This document shows positions 18,995-27,353 of a DNA stretch of 64,000 nt, piece after piece. Position numbers and translations under genes: made by a program. Position 1 is the stretch's first letter, and the number at the start of each line of letters is the position of its first letter. This DNA comes from an uncultured Acidobacteriota bacterium. GTDB lineage: Bacteria > Acidobacteriota > Polarisedimenticolia > J045. The DNA lies in assembly GCA_963702425.1 (NCBI GenBank), contig CAVPCQ010000003.1, positions 1 through 64,000 of the forward strand, in the 5' to 3' direction. The notes under the pieces were generated by a model. The model was not told where the DNA came from and made no database searches. It was given only the letters and a program-made list of their open reading frames with translations.

Positions 18995-20486
18995 CCCCGC
19001 CGGGCGGCCCGTCCGCTGCTCCGGCCGCCCTCCCGCCCGCGCCGAAGCGGTGGACCTGGCGCGACTGCTCCAGCATTCCCTCGCGCTCGACGATCCCGGC
19101 CAGGATCCAGAACCAGCCGAGGATCTTCTGGATCTCGAAGCGCGCGCCGGAGGCCATGCTGACCGCCAGCGCGACGCTCGCACCGAGCAGGCCGATCCCC
19201 ATCCACTGGACGAACGGATCGTCGGCGCGCGCGGCGCGGACGCCGGCCCAGGCGCTGGCGAACAGGATCAGCACCAGCAGCACCAGGCCGACGATCCCTT
19301 CCTCGGTGCCGACCTGCGCGTAGCTGGAGTGGGCTCCCTTGGAGCGCCCCAGCGTGCCGTGGAGCTCGAAGACCGTCGGGAACGAGCGGTAGCCCCAGCC
19401 GAGGAACGGGTGGTCCGCCATCATCGCCGGCAGCGACTTGTACTGCTCGATCCGCATCTGGGTCGAACCCTCGGCGATCGCATCGCTGCCCGCGGCGTCC
19501 GCGTCGACGTCGGTCGTCACCTCGATCCGCTGCACGGCCTGCTCCGGGAGCCAGGCCTGGTAGCCGATCAGCGCCACCACGAGGAAGAACAGGAGCAGCC
19601 GGTTGCGGGCCAGCGCGATCACGAAGACCGCGGCGATCGCGCCCAGCCACGCCCCGCGCGACAGCGTCAGGAGGAGGGCGAAGGAGACGGCCGAGGTCAC
19701 GACGGTGAACCAGAGCCGGATCCAGGGGCCGCCGACCCGGTGGAGCGCCAGGACCACACAGAACGGCAGGTAGACCGCGAGCGCCGTGCCGTAGATGTTC
19801 GGCTGGAGGGCCAGCAGCGCCATCGCCCGGTGCCGGTCGAGCGATCCGGCGACGAAGGCGAGCCAGGAGTGGTTGATCCCCTGCAGGGCGCTGAGGAACA
19901 GCGAGACGGAGATCGCCAGCAGCAGCAGGACCTGGTCGCGCCGCTCGCGCAACACGTGGAATGCGACCGGCAGGAAGATCATGAACGCGAGGTGGTTCTT
20001 GGCCGCGGACAGGATGTCGAGCAGCGGGACCTTCCAGAGCATCCACGCGCGGACCGACGAGAACAGGATCAGGATCACCCACGCCAGGAGCAACCGGCCG
20101 AGCGGCGTGGAGAGGCGGTCCCGCCCGAACATCGCGACCGAGCGGGCCCAGATCCCGAGCGCGACGACGATCAGGACCGTTTCGGTGTTGAGCGCCCGGA
20201 TTCCTCCGTACATCTGGGACGGGACCAGGTCCATCGCCGGGATCGAGAAGGCGATCAGCGCGAGGCCGAGCGCGGGACGGCGCTGGGTCTGACCGATCAG
20301 CGCGACGAGGAAGACCACGATCAGCGCGTACTTGGCCGCGCGGAACGGGAAGGCGTAGCTGACCGCGACCCCGGCGACGATCAGCACGGCCAGCGAAACC
20401 TCGCCGGCGACGAGCGGGACCCAGTTGCGGTCGGGGTCCAGGTCGCCGGCAGCGGCCGGGCCGCGGCTCGCGGGGGCGGTGGTCAC
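18984..20486 (-). CDS. O-antigen ligase/Wzy polymerase family membrane protein
   Basis: Multiple TM helices; QPNIYG, LTLSRGAW, STQMR, HPFLGWG, AHSSY..EEGIVG. GTG start assumed. Confidence 0.85.
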   Translation of the reverse strand: MTTAPASRGPAAAGDLDPDRNWVPLVAGEVSLAVLIVAGVAVSYAFPFRAAKYALIVVFLVALIGQTQRRPALGLALIAFSIPAMDLVPSQMYGGIRALNTETVLIVVALGIWARSVAMFGRDRLSTPLGRLLLAWVILILFSSVRAWMLWKVPLLDILSAAKNHLAFMIFLPVAFHVLRERRDQVLLLLAISVSLFLSALQGINHSWLAFVAGSLDRHRAMALLALQPNIYGTALAVYLPFCVVLALHRVGGPWIRLWFTVVTSAVSFALLLTLSRGAWLGAIAAVFVIALARNRLLLFFLVVALIGYQAWLPEQAVQRIEVTTDVDADAAGSDAIAEGSTQMRIEQYKSLPAMMADHPFLGWGYRSFPTVFELHGTLGRSKGAHSSYAQVGTEEGIVGLVLLVLILFASAWAGVRAARADDPFVQWMGIGLLGASVALAVSMASGARFEIQKILGWFWILAGIVEREGMLEQSRQVHRFGAGGRAAGAADGPPGGASS

Positions 20487-20505
20487 GGATCGGGCTCTCC
20501 GCCGA

Positions 20506-22101
20506 TCAGGATAGGCCATCGCCGGCGGACGGCCGAGTTCCGGCGCCCCGGCGCAGCCGCGCCACGACCTGCTGGACGATCGCGTGGCCGGTCCACCAGG
20601 CGACCCCGGTGTGCAGCGCGATCGCCGCCCCGCCGATCGCCGCCGCCCGTAGGACCTGTCCGGCCAGCCCCCACGGGAAGGCCGGCAGCCAGCGGAACGC
20701 CGCGAAGACGGCGGCGGCGGTCACGAGCGCGGGCAGCAGCAGCCCGGCCAGCGTCGTCGCGAGGCCCCGTCCGGAGGGACGGATTGCTCGTGGCAGCCTC
20801 CGCCAGAGTTCGAAGGTCCGGAAGAACGACGACGCCGAGGTCGCGATCGCGAGCCCGTAGATCCCGAGCGGAGCGATCAACGCCAGCGAGAGCAGCGCCT
20901 TGAAGCCGATCCGCCAGAACCCGACCTTCATCGGCGTCGCGGTGTCGCCGCCGCTGATGTGGATCTGGGCCAGGATCTGGCCGATCGCGAAGGCCGGGTC
21001 GGCCAGCGCGAGGAGCGGCAGGACACCCGCCGCGAGCAAGGCGTCCGCGGGGCTGAAGCTCCCGTGCCGGTAGAGGATGTCGACGATCTCGGGCGCGCCG
21101 ACCGCGACGAAGACCGCGATCGGGGTCGCGAAAACGAGGTACCCGCCGAGCACCTGCGTCGCGCGGTGCCGGACCTCGTCGTAGTGCTTCTGCGCCATCA
21201 GCCCGGAGAAGTGCGGCAGCAGCACGGCCAGGCTGACCGTCTGCACCACGTCGGTCGCGGCACCCGACAGGTTGCGCATGAAGTTCAGGATCGTCAGCTG
21301 TCCGCCGGGCAGGAACGACGCGAAGTTCTGGTCGATCAGCACGTCGATCCGCGGCCCGATCATCCCGATGAAGAGCGGCAGCCCGACGAGGAAGATCTCG
21401 CGGATCTCGGGAGCGCGCGGGTCGAGCACGAAGCGGTAGAAGCGGCGGTGGCGCCACAGGACGTTGGTCTGGAGCAGGAAGTAGACGATCGAGCCGAGCA
21501 GGAAGCCCCAGGCGTAGCCGCGCAGTCCCATCGTGCGCCCGAGCACGACGACGCCGAAGATCACCACGATCCCGTTGAGCAGGCGTCCGAAGGCGGGGAC
21601 GAACTGGCGGCCGTAGACGTTCGACAGGCTGCCCAGGATCTCCGTCAGCACCGAGAAGAAGACGGAGACGACGACGATCTGCGCCAGCACCGTCCCCTCG
21701 CTCCAGGCCTCCGGGCTGCGGAAGCCGGTCGAGAAGAGCCGGATCAGCGCGGGCGCAAAGAGCCACAGCAGCGCGGTGAGCAGCACCATCCCCACGGCGA
21801 GCGTGTTGACGATGTTGCTGGCGGCACGCCAGGCCTGCTCCTCGCCTTCCTCATGCAGGCGCCGCGAGAAGAGCGGGACGATCGCCGAGCGGACCGGGGT
21901 CTCGATCCACGACGAGAACATGTCGGGGATGCTCTTGGCGACGTTGAACGCGTCCATCGCGCGGTCGGCGCCGAAGACCGCCGCGGCGAAGGACTCCCGC
22001 AGCTGCCCGACGGCCTTCGTGACGAGGCCGAGGGAGGTCACGACGGCCCCCTGGGCGACGAGTCGGCGGGTGCCGGTCCGGCTGGGCGGGGCTGGGCTCA
22101 A
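20506..22101 (-). CDS. MurJ/MviN-like lipid-linked oligosaccharide flippase
   Basis: GQLRESFAAAVFGADRAMDAFNVA, LIDQNFASFL, LYRHGSF, GDTATPM; many TM segments. Start uncertain (22101-22200). Confidence 0.85.
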   Translation of the reverse strand: MSPAPPSRTGTRRLVAQGAVVTSLGLVTKAVGQLRESFAAAVFGADRAMDAFNVAKSIPDMFSSWIETPVRSAIVPLFSRRLHEEGEEQAWRAASNIVNTLAVGMVLLTALLWLFAPALIRLFSTGFRSPEAWSEGTVLAQIVVVSVFFSVLTEILGSLSNVYGRQFVPAFGRLLNGIVVIFGVVVLGRTMGLRGYAWGFLLGSIVYFLLQTNVLWRHRRFYRFVLDPRAPEIREIFLVGLPLFIGMIGPRIDVLIDQNFASFLPGGQLTILNFMRNLSGAATDVVQTVSLAVLLPHFSGLMAQKHYDEVRHRATQVLGGYLVFATPIAVFVAVGAPEIVDILYRHGSFSPADALLAAGVLPLLALADPAFAIGQILAQIHISGGDTATPMKVGFWRIGFKALLSLALIAPLGIYGLAIATSASSFFRTFELWRRLPRAIRPSGRGLATTLAGLLLPALVTAAAVFAAFRWLPAFPWGLAGQVLRAAAIGGAAIALHTGVAWWTGHAIVQQVVARLRRGAGTRPSAGDGLS

Positions 22102-22183
22102 CGCGTCGCTTCCGGAGGGCTGGGGGGGCCGGTCGGGCCGGGCCGGACCCGCCGGAGGTGGTCCCCGCGCGAGCGGGGAATAT

Positions 22184-23194
22184 ATGCTGATTCCCGCCAC
22201 GGAGGGTCCCTTGGGCTTGCGCCGGATCTACGCCGCGTTCCGACGCCGCTCGATCTACCGCAGGGCGCTCGCTTCCCCGGCCCGGGTCATCGTGCTGCGT
22301 TACCACGCGGTCGGCGCGCCGGGCGATGTCGCCCGCTACCTCGATCCGGGACTCTCTCTGACCCCGGAGCGCTTCCGCGCGCAGGTCCGTTTCCTCGCCT
22401 CGCGGTTCCTGGTCGGAACCCCCGAGGAGCTGCCCGGGCTGCTCGGCCGCGGTTCCGCCGCGCCGCTCGCCGTGGTCCTGACCTTCGACGACGGCTACCG
22501 CGACAACCACGACGTCGCGCTGCCGATCCTGCGCGAGGAGGGGGTGACGGCGGCCTTCTTCATCACGACCGGCCCCCTGAAATCGCGACGCGGGCTCTGG
22601 ATCTCCGAGCTCTGGCGCCTTTCCCGGACGGTCCCCGCGGGCCCGGTCGAGCTTCGCGAGGACGCGCCCCGGGTCGTTCCCGACGGCTCCGGAGAGCGGC
22701 AGCGCTGGCGCCGGGCGATGACGGCGTGGCTCTCGGCCACGACCGCCGAGGCGCGCGAGGCGGCGCTCGATGTGCTCGCCGCCCGGGCCGGGGTGCCGCG
22801 CGGGGAGGGGCTGGCGGACAGCTTCCTCGAGCCCGGCCACGTGCGGGCGATGCACCACGCGGGGATGACGATCGGCGCGCACACCCGCACCCACCCGCAC
22901 CTCGACCGGCTCGAGCCGCGGCACCACGCCGAGGAGATCGCCGGCTCGCGCGCGGACCTGGAAGCGCTGCTCGGGGCGCCGGTGCATTGCTTCGCCTATC
23001 CGAACCCGGGCGGCGGCGGCCCGGTCGGGGCGGCGGCCCGCGCGGCCGTCGAGCGGGCCGGGTTCACGGCGGCATTCACCTCGATCCCCGACCCGATGCG
23101 GCCCGCGCCCGACGCGCTGCGGTTGCCACGGCTGGGGGTCTACGCGGGCGAGCAGGAACGGGTGCTGTTCGACGTGCTCGAGGCCGCGCGGTGA
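22184..23194 (+). CDS. Polysaccharide deacetylase family protein
   Basis: VLRYHAV, LTFDDGYRDN, IGAHTRTHP, FAYPNPG. Confidence 0.88.
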   Translation: MLIPATEGPLGLRRIYAAFRRRSIYRRALASPARVIVLRYHAVGAPGDVARYLDPGLSLTPERFRAQVRFLASRFLVGTPEELPGLLGRGSAAPLAVVLTFDDGYRDNHDVALPILREEGVTAAFFITTGPLKSRRGLWISELWRLSRTVPAGPVELREDAPRVVPDGSGERQRWRRAMTAWLSATTAEAREAALDVLAARAGVPRGEGLADSFLEPGHVRAMHHAGMTIGAHTRTHPHLDRLEPRHHAEEIAGSRADLEALLGAPVHCFAYPNPGGGGPVGAAARAAVERAGFTAAFTSIPDPMRPAPDALRLPRLGVYAGEQERVLFDVLEAAR

Positions 23195-24321
23195 CGCCGC
23201 GCATCGCCGTCGTCGTCTCGCAGCTCGGGTTCGGCGGCGCGGAGCGCCAGACGGCTGCGCTGCTCGGGGCGCTCAAGGGCCGCCCTGAGGAGCCGCGCTT
23301 CGTCGTCTGCCTCTCGGCCGATCTCGAGCCCCACGGGCCGGCGCTGGTCGGGCTCGGATATCGGCTGGAGGTGCTGCCGCGCGGGAGCAGTTTCGACCTC
23401 GCGCGGGTGCTCCGCCTGCGCCGGCTGCTCCGCGACGAGCGGATCGACCTCGTCCACGCCGTCCACCTGCTGGCCTCGGGCTACGCCTACCTCGCCGCAT
23501 GGCCCGGCCGGCGGCCGGTCGTCATCCCCTCGGTGCGCGGCGCCGAGGCGGGCCCGGGGGCGCTGCGCCGCCTGGTCTACCGGCGGATGTTCCGGGCCTG
23601 CCCGCGCGCCCTGGCCAACTCCCGGCGCGGGGCGCGGTTCATGCAGGGGGTCCTCGGGGCGCCGGCCGACCGGATCGTGGTGATCCCCAACGGGGTCGAC
23701 TTCGCGGCCCTCGCCGCCGCGGCGCGGCCGGAGGCCCTGCGGAAGGAGCTGGGCCTCTCCCTGGCCGCGCCGCTCGTCGCCTACGTCGGCAAGGACTCGC
23801 GGGTGAAGAACGTCCCGCGCGCGGTCGAGGTCGTGCGGCGCGCGCTCGCCGTGCGTCCCGAGCTGCACGCCGTCTTCGTCGGCGGCGGACTCGACGAGGA
23901 AGCCCGCGGGAAGCTGGCGCCGGACCTCCCGCCCGGGCAGGTCCGGCTGCTCGGCCCGCGCCGGGACGTCCCGGCGATCCTGTCCGCCGCCGACGCGCTG
24001 CTGCTGACCTCGGACTCGGAAGGCTGCCCGAACGTCGTGATCGAAGCCCTGGCCCTCGGTACGCCGGTGGTCTCAGCGGACGTCGGGGACGTGGCGGAGA
24101 TCGTCGGCCCCGGGGGGGCCGGCGCGGTCGTCCCGCGCGGCGACATTGAGGCCTACGTGGCGGCCCTCGGCCGGCTGCTCGAGGACCGGCCGGCGGCCCG
24201 GGCGGCGGCCCGGCGCCATTTCCCGCGGCTCGAGGCGCGCTACGGGCTGGCAGCGATGGTCGAGGGGACGTTGGCGCTGTGGCGGGACGCGCTGGCCGGG
24301 GCCCCGGTCCGGACGCCATGA
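23191..24321 (+). CDS. Glycosyltransferase family 4
   Basis: GTGA overlap; LGFGGAERQ, IPNGVD, SEGCPNVVIEA. Confidence 0.9.
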   Translation: MTPRIAVVVSQLGFGGAERQTAALLGALKGRPEEPRFVVCLSADLEPHGPALVGLGYRLEVLPRGSSFDLARVLRLRRLLRDERIDLVHAVHLLASGYAYLAAWPGRRPVVIPSVRGAEAGPGALRRLVYRRMFRACPRALANSRRGARFMQGVLGAPADRIVVIPNGVDFAALAAAARPEALRKELGLSLAAPLVAYVGKDSRVKNVPRAVEVVRRALAVRPELHAVFVGGGLDEEARGKLAPDLPPGQVRLLGPRRDVPAILSAADALLLTSDSEGCPNVVIEALALGTPVVSADVGDVAEIVGPGGAGAVVPRGDIEAYVAALGRLLEDRPAARAAARRHFPRLEARYGLAAMVEGTLALWRDALAGAPVRTP

Positions 24322-24400
24322 TGAACGGGTGCGGATCCTGACGGGCCGCCCCGGGCTTTGAACCGCCCTGCTCCCCGGGCTTTGCAGAACGGACGCGACC

Positions 24401-26215
24401 ATGTGCGGCATCGCCGGCTTTGCCGGATTCGACGACCCGGCCCTCCTGCGCCGGATGACCGGCCTGATCTCCTACCGGGGGCCGGACGACGACGGTTTCT
24501 TCGAGGCCCCCGGCGTCGGGCTGGGCCACCGCCGGCTCTCGATCATCGACCTCTCGACCGGCCACCAGCCGATCACCAGCCACGACGACCGGCTGGTCAT
24601 CGTCTACAACGGCGAGATCTACAACTACCGCGAGCTGCGCGCGGGCCTCGAGAAGCAGGGGATCCGGTTCCGGACGCATACCGACACCGAGGTCATCGTC
24701 AACCTCTACCGCGAGGAAGGGCCCGACTCGATCGCGAAGCTGAACGGGATCTTCGCCTTCGCGATCTGGGACGTCGTCGACAAGCGCCTGTTCCTCGCGC
24801 GCGACCACCTCGGAGTGAAGCCGCTGCTCTACCACCGGCGCGACGGCGCGCTGCTGTTCGCCAGCGAGGCCAAGGCGATCCTGGAGTGGCCCGAATACCG
24901 CGCCGCGGTGTCGCCCGTCGCGCTGCGCCAGAACCTCGTCTACAGCTTCATCCCCGGCGACGAGACGCTCTTCGCCGGGATCCTGAAGCTGCCCGCGGCG
25001 CACACGCTGACCTGGCAGGACGGGAAGACGGAGATCCGGCGCTACTGGTCGCTGGACGCCGGCGAGGAGCAGGACCGCGGCGAGGAGCACTACCGCCGGG
25101 AGCTGCTCGACATCCTGCAGGACTCCGTCCGCGGCCAGCTCGTCAGCGACGTCCCGCTCGGCGCGACGCTCTCGGGCGGGCTCGACTCCTCGGCCATCGT
25201 GGCGCTGATGAGCCGCGTCGCCGATCGCGCGGTCAAGACCTTCTCGATCGGCTTCGGTGGCGCGAAGGACGAGCTGAAGTACGCCCGCATCGTGGCCGAC
25301 CGGTTCAAGACCGACCACACCGAGTTCATCGTCGATCCCTCGCACTTCACCGAGATGCTGCCGCGGATCCTCTGGCACCTCGAGGAGCCGGTCCTCTCCT
25401 CGATCCTGCCGACCTGGTACCTGGGCGAGGCGGCGCGGAAGATCGTCACGGTGATCCTGATCGGCGAGGGGGCGGACGAGATCTTCGCCGGCTACCGGCG
25501 CTTCTGGCCGGTGGCCGAGAAGTACCGCCGGCTGACCCCGGCGGCCCTCAAGCGCTGGTTCTACTTCTGGCACTTCTCGTCGATGGGCGGCCCCGGCAGC
25601 GAATCGATCTTCGCGGACGACTTCCGTCGGCGCTTTCCCGCCGGCGAGAACCCGCTGGCGCCGTACCTCGCCGCCGCGTCGGCCGGCGGGGACGCGCTCA
25701 ACGCCCTGCTGCGCTACGAGCAGTCGTACGAGCTGCCCGACTTCCAGCTGCTGCGGATCGACCGGCTGACGATGGCCCACTCGGTCGAGGCCCGCGTCCC
25801 CTACCTCGACCCGCGCCTGGTCCACTTCGCCAACCGGATGCCTTCGCGCTACAAGCTGCACGGCAACAACGAGAAGTACATCCTGCGCCAGGCGATGAAG
25901 GGGATCCTGCCGGAGGAGATCCTCGGGCGCCGGAAGCAGGGGCTGGGGACGCCGCTCATCCCGTGGTTCAAGGGCGGGATGTTCGACGTCGCGCGCGACC
26001 TCCTGTCGCCGGCCAACCTTCGCGAGCGCGGCTACTTCGAGCCGCAGGCCGTGGAGCGGTTGTTCGGCACCGCGCGCAACCACACGCTGCACCGCGAGGA
26101 CCTCGGGAAGCTGTTCAAGCTGGTGATGTTCGAGCTGTGGTGCCGGGTCTTCCTCGACCGGCCGGGCGGTCGCTGGCGGGAGCTCGACTGGCTGCCGGCC
26201 CGCGCGACGGCCTGA
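24401..26215 (+). CDS. asnB: Asparagine synthase (glutamine-hydrolysing)-family amidotransferase
   Basis: MCGIAG, RGPD, HRRLSIID, NGEIYN, LSGGLDSS, GEGADE, EARVPYLD. Confidence 0.95.
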   Translation: MCGIAGFAGFDDPALLRRMTGLISYRGPDDDGFFEAPGVGLGHRRLSIIDLSTGHQPITSHDDRLVIVYNGEIYNYRELRAGLEKQGIRFRTHTDTEVIVNLYREEGPDSIAKLNGIFAFAIWDVVDKRLFLARDHLGVKPLLYHRRDGALLFASEAKAILEWPEYRAAVSPVALRQNLVYSFIPGDETLFAGILKLPAAHTLTWQDGKTEIRRYWSLDAGEEQDRGEEHYRRELLDILQDSVRGQLVSDVPLGATLSGGLDSSAIVALMSRVADRAVKTFSIGFGGAKDELKYARIVADRFKTDHTEFIVDPSHFTEMLPRILWHLEEPVLSSILPTWYLGEAARKIVTVILIGEGADEIFAGYRRFWPVAEKYRRLTPAALKRWFYFWHFSSMGGPGSESIFADDFRRRFPAGENPLAPYLAAASAGGDALNALLRYEQSYELPDFQLLRIDRLTMAHSVEARVPYLDPRLVHFANRMPSRYKLHGNNEKYILRQAMKGILPEEILGRRKQGLGTPLIPWFKGGMFDVARDLLSPANLRERGYFEPQAVERLFGTARNHTLHREDLGKLFKLVMFELWCRVFLDRPGGRWRELDWLPARATA

Positions 26216-26241
26216 CGGTCCGGGCAGCGGGCGGCCGGACG

Positions 26242-27353
26242 ATGCGGATCGCGTTCCTCTCGAACTCCAACAGCCTCCACCTGAAGGAGTGGGCGGAGTA
26301 CTTCGCGGGGCCGCTCGGCCACGCCGTGACGGTCTTCACGATCCCGGCCCCGGGCGAGCCGTACCGCAACGGCGTCGAGGTCGTTCCCCTCGGCAACCGC
26401 TTCACCGGGAACAAGCTGGCCTGGTTCGCGCTGCTGCCCCGCCTGCGCCGCGAGCTGGCGGCGCGCCGGCCGGACGTTTTCGTCGGCTACCGCGTCGTGA
26501 GCTACGGCTTCCTGGCGGCGCTCGCCGGCTACCGCCCGCTGGTGCTCGCCGCGCAGGGGGGCGACATGGTCTGGCCGCCCGACGACCGGCTGGGGTTGTT
26601 CTGCGTGCGCCCGCCTGCCGCCGCGGCGATCTCTTCAACGCCTGGTCGAGCAACATCCGGGACGAGATGATCCGCCACGGGGCCGACCCGGCGAAGATCA
26701 TGGTCTGCTCGCGCGGGATCGAGCTCTCGCGCTTCCCGCGCCTGCCGGAGAAGGCGCCCGGGCCGCCCCTGATCGCGATGACCCGCTCGCTGCTGCCGAG
26801 CTACAACACGATCCAGTTCGTCGAGGCGATGGCGGTGGTGGCTCGCGAGCGGCCGGACGCCGTCGCCGAGATCGCGGGCGACGGCCCGGAGCGGCCGCGG
26901 CTCGAGGCCCGCGCCCGCGAACTGGGCCTCCACGGCTCGTCGGTCCGGTTCGTCGGGCGGCTGTCACGGGAGGCGATCGTCGCGCTGGTCGAGCGCGCGC
27001 ACGTCTACTGCTCGACGACGATCACCGACGGCCTGCCGCTCTCGCACTTCGAGGCGATGGCGGCGGGCTGTTTTCCCGTCGTGACCGACATCGGCGCCAA
27101 CCGGGTCTGGTTCAAGGACGGCGAGAACGCGCTGCTGGCGCCGGTCGGCGACCCGGCTTCGCTCGGCGCCGCTCTGTTGCGCGCGTTGTCCGACGGCCCC
27201 TTGCTGCGCCGGGCGGTCGCCGCGAACCGCGCGCTGATCGAGCGCGATTTCGACCGCGACGCGAACATGCGGCGGATCGAGGCGGCCTGGCAGGAACTGG
27301 CTACTTCGTATCGGTCCGGTGGAGGTTCCGCACGTCCTGCGGCGAGACGTTGA
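26242..27353 (+). CDS. Glycosyltransferase family 4 (frameshift near 26610)
   Basis: N-half MRIAFLSNSNSLH...AQGGD in one frame; C-half SRGIE, AGDGPER, DGLPLSHFEAMAAG in another. Confidence 0.82.
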
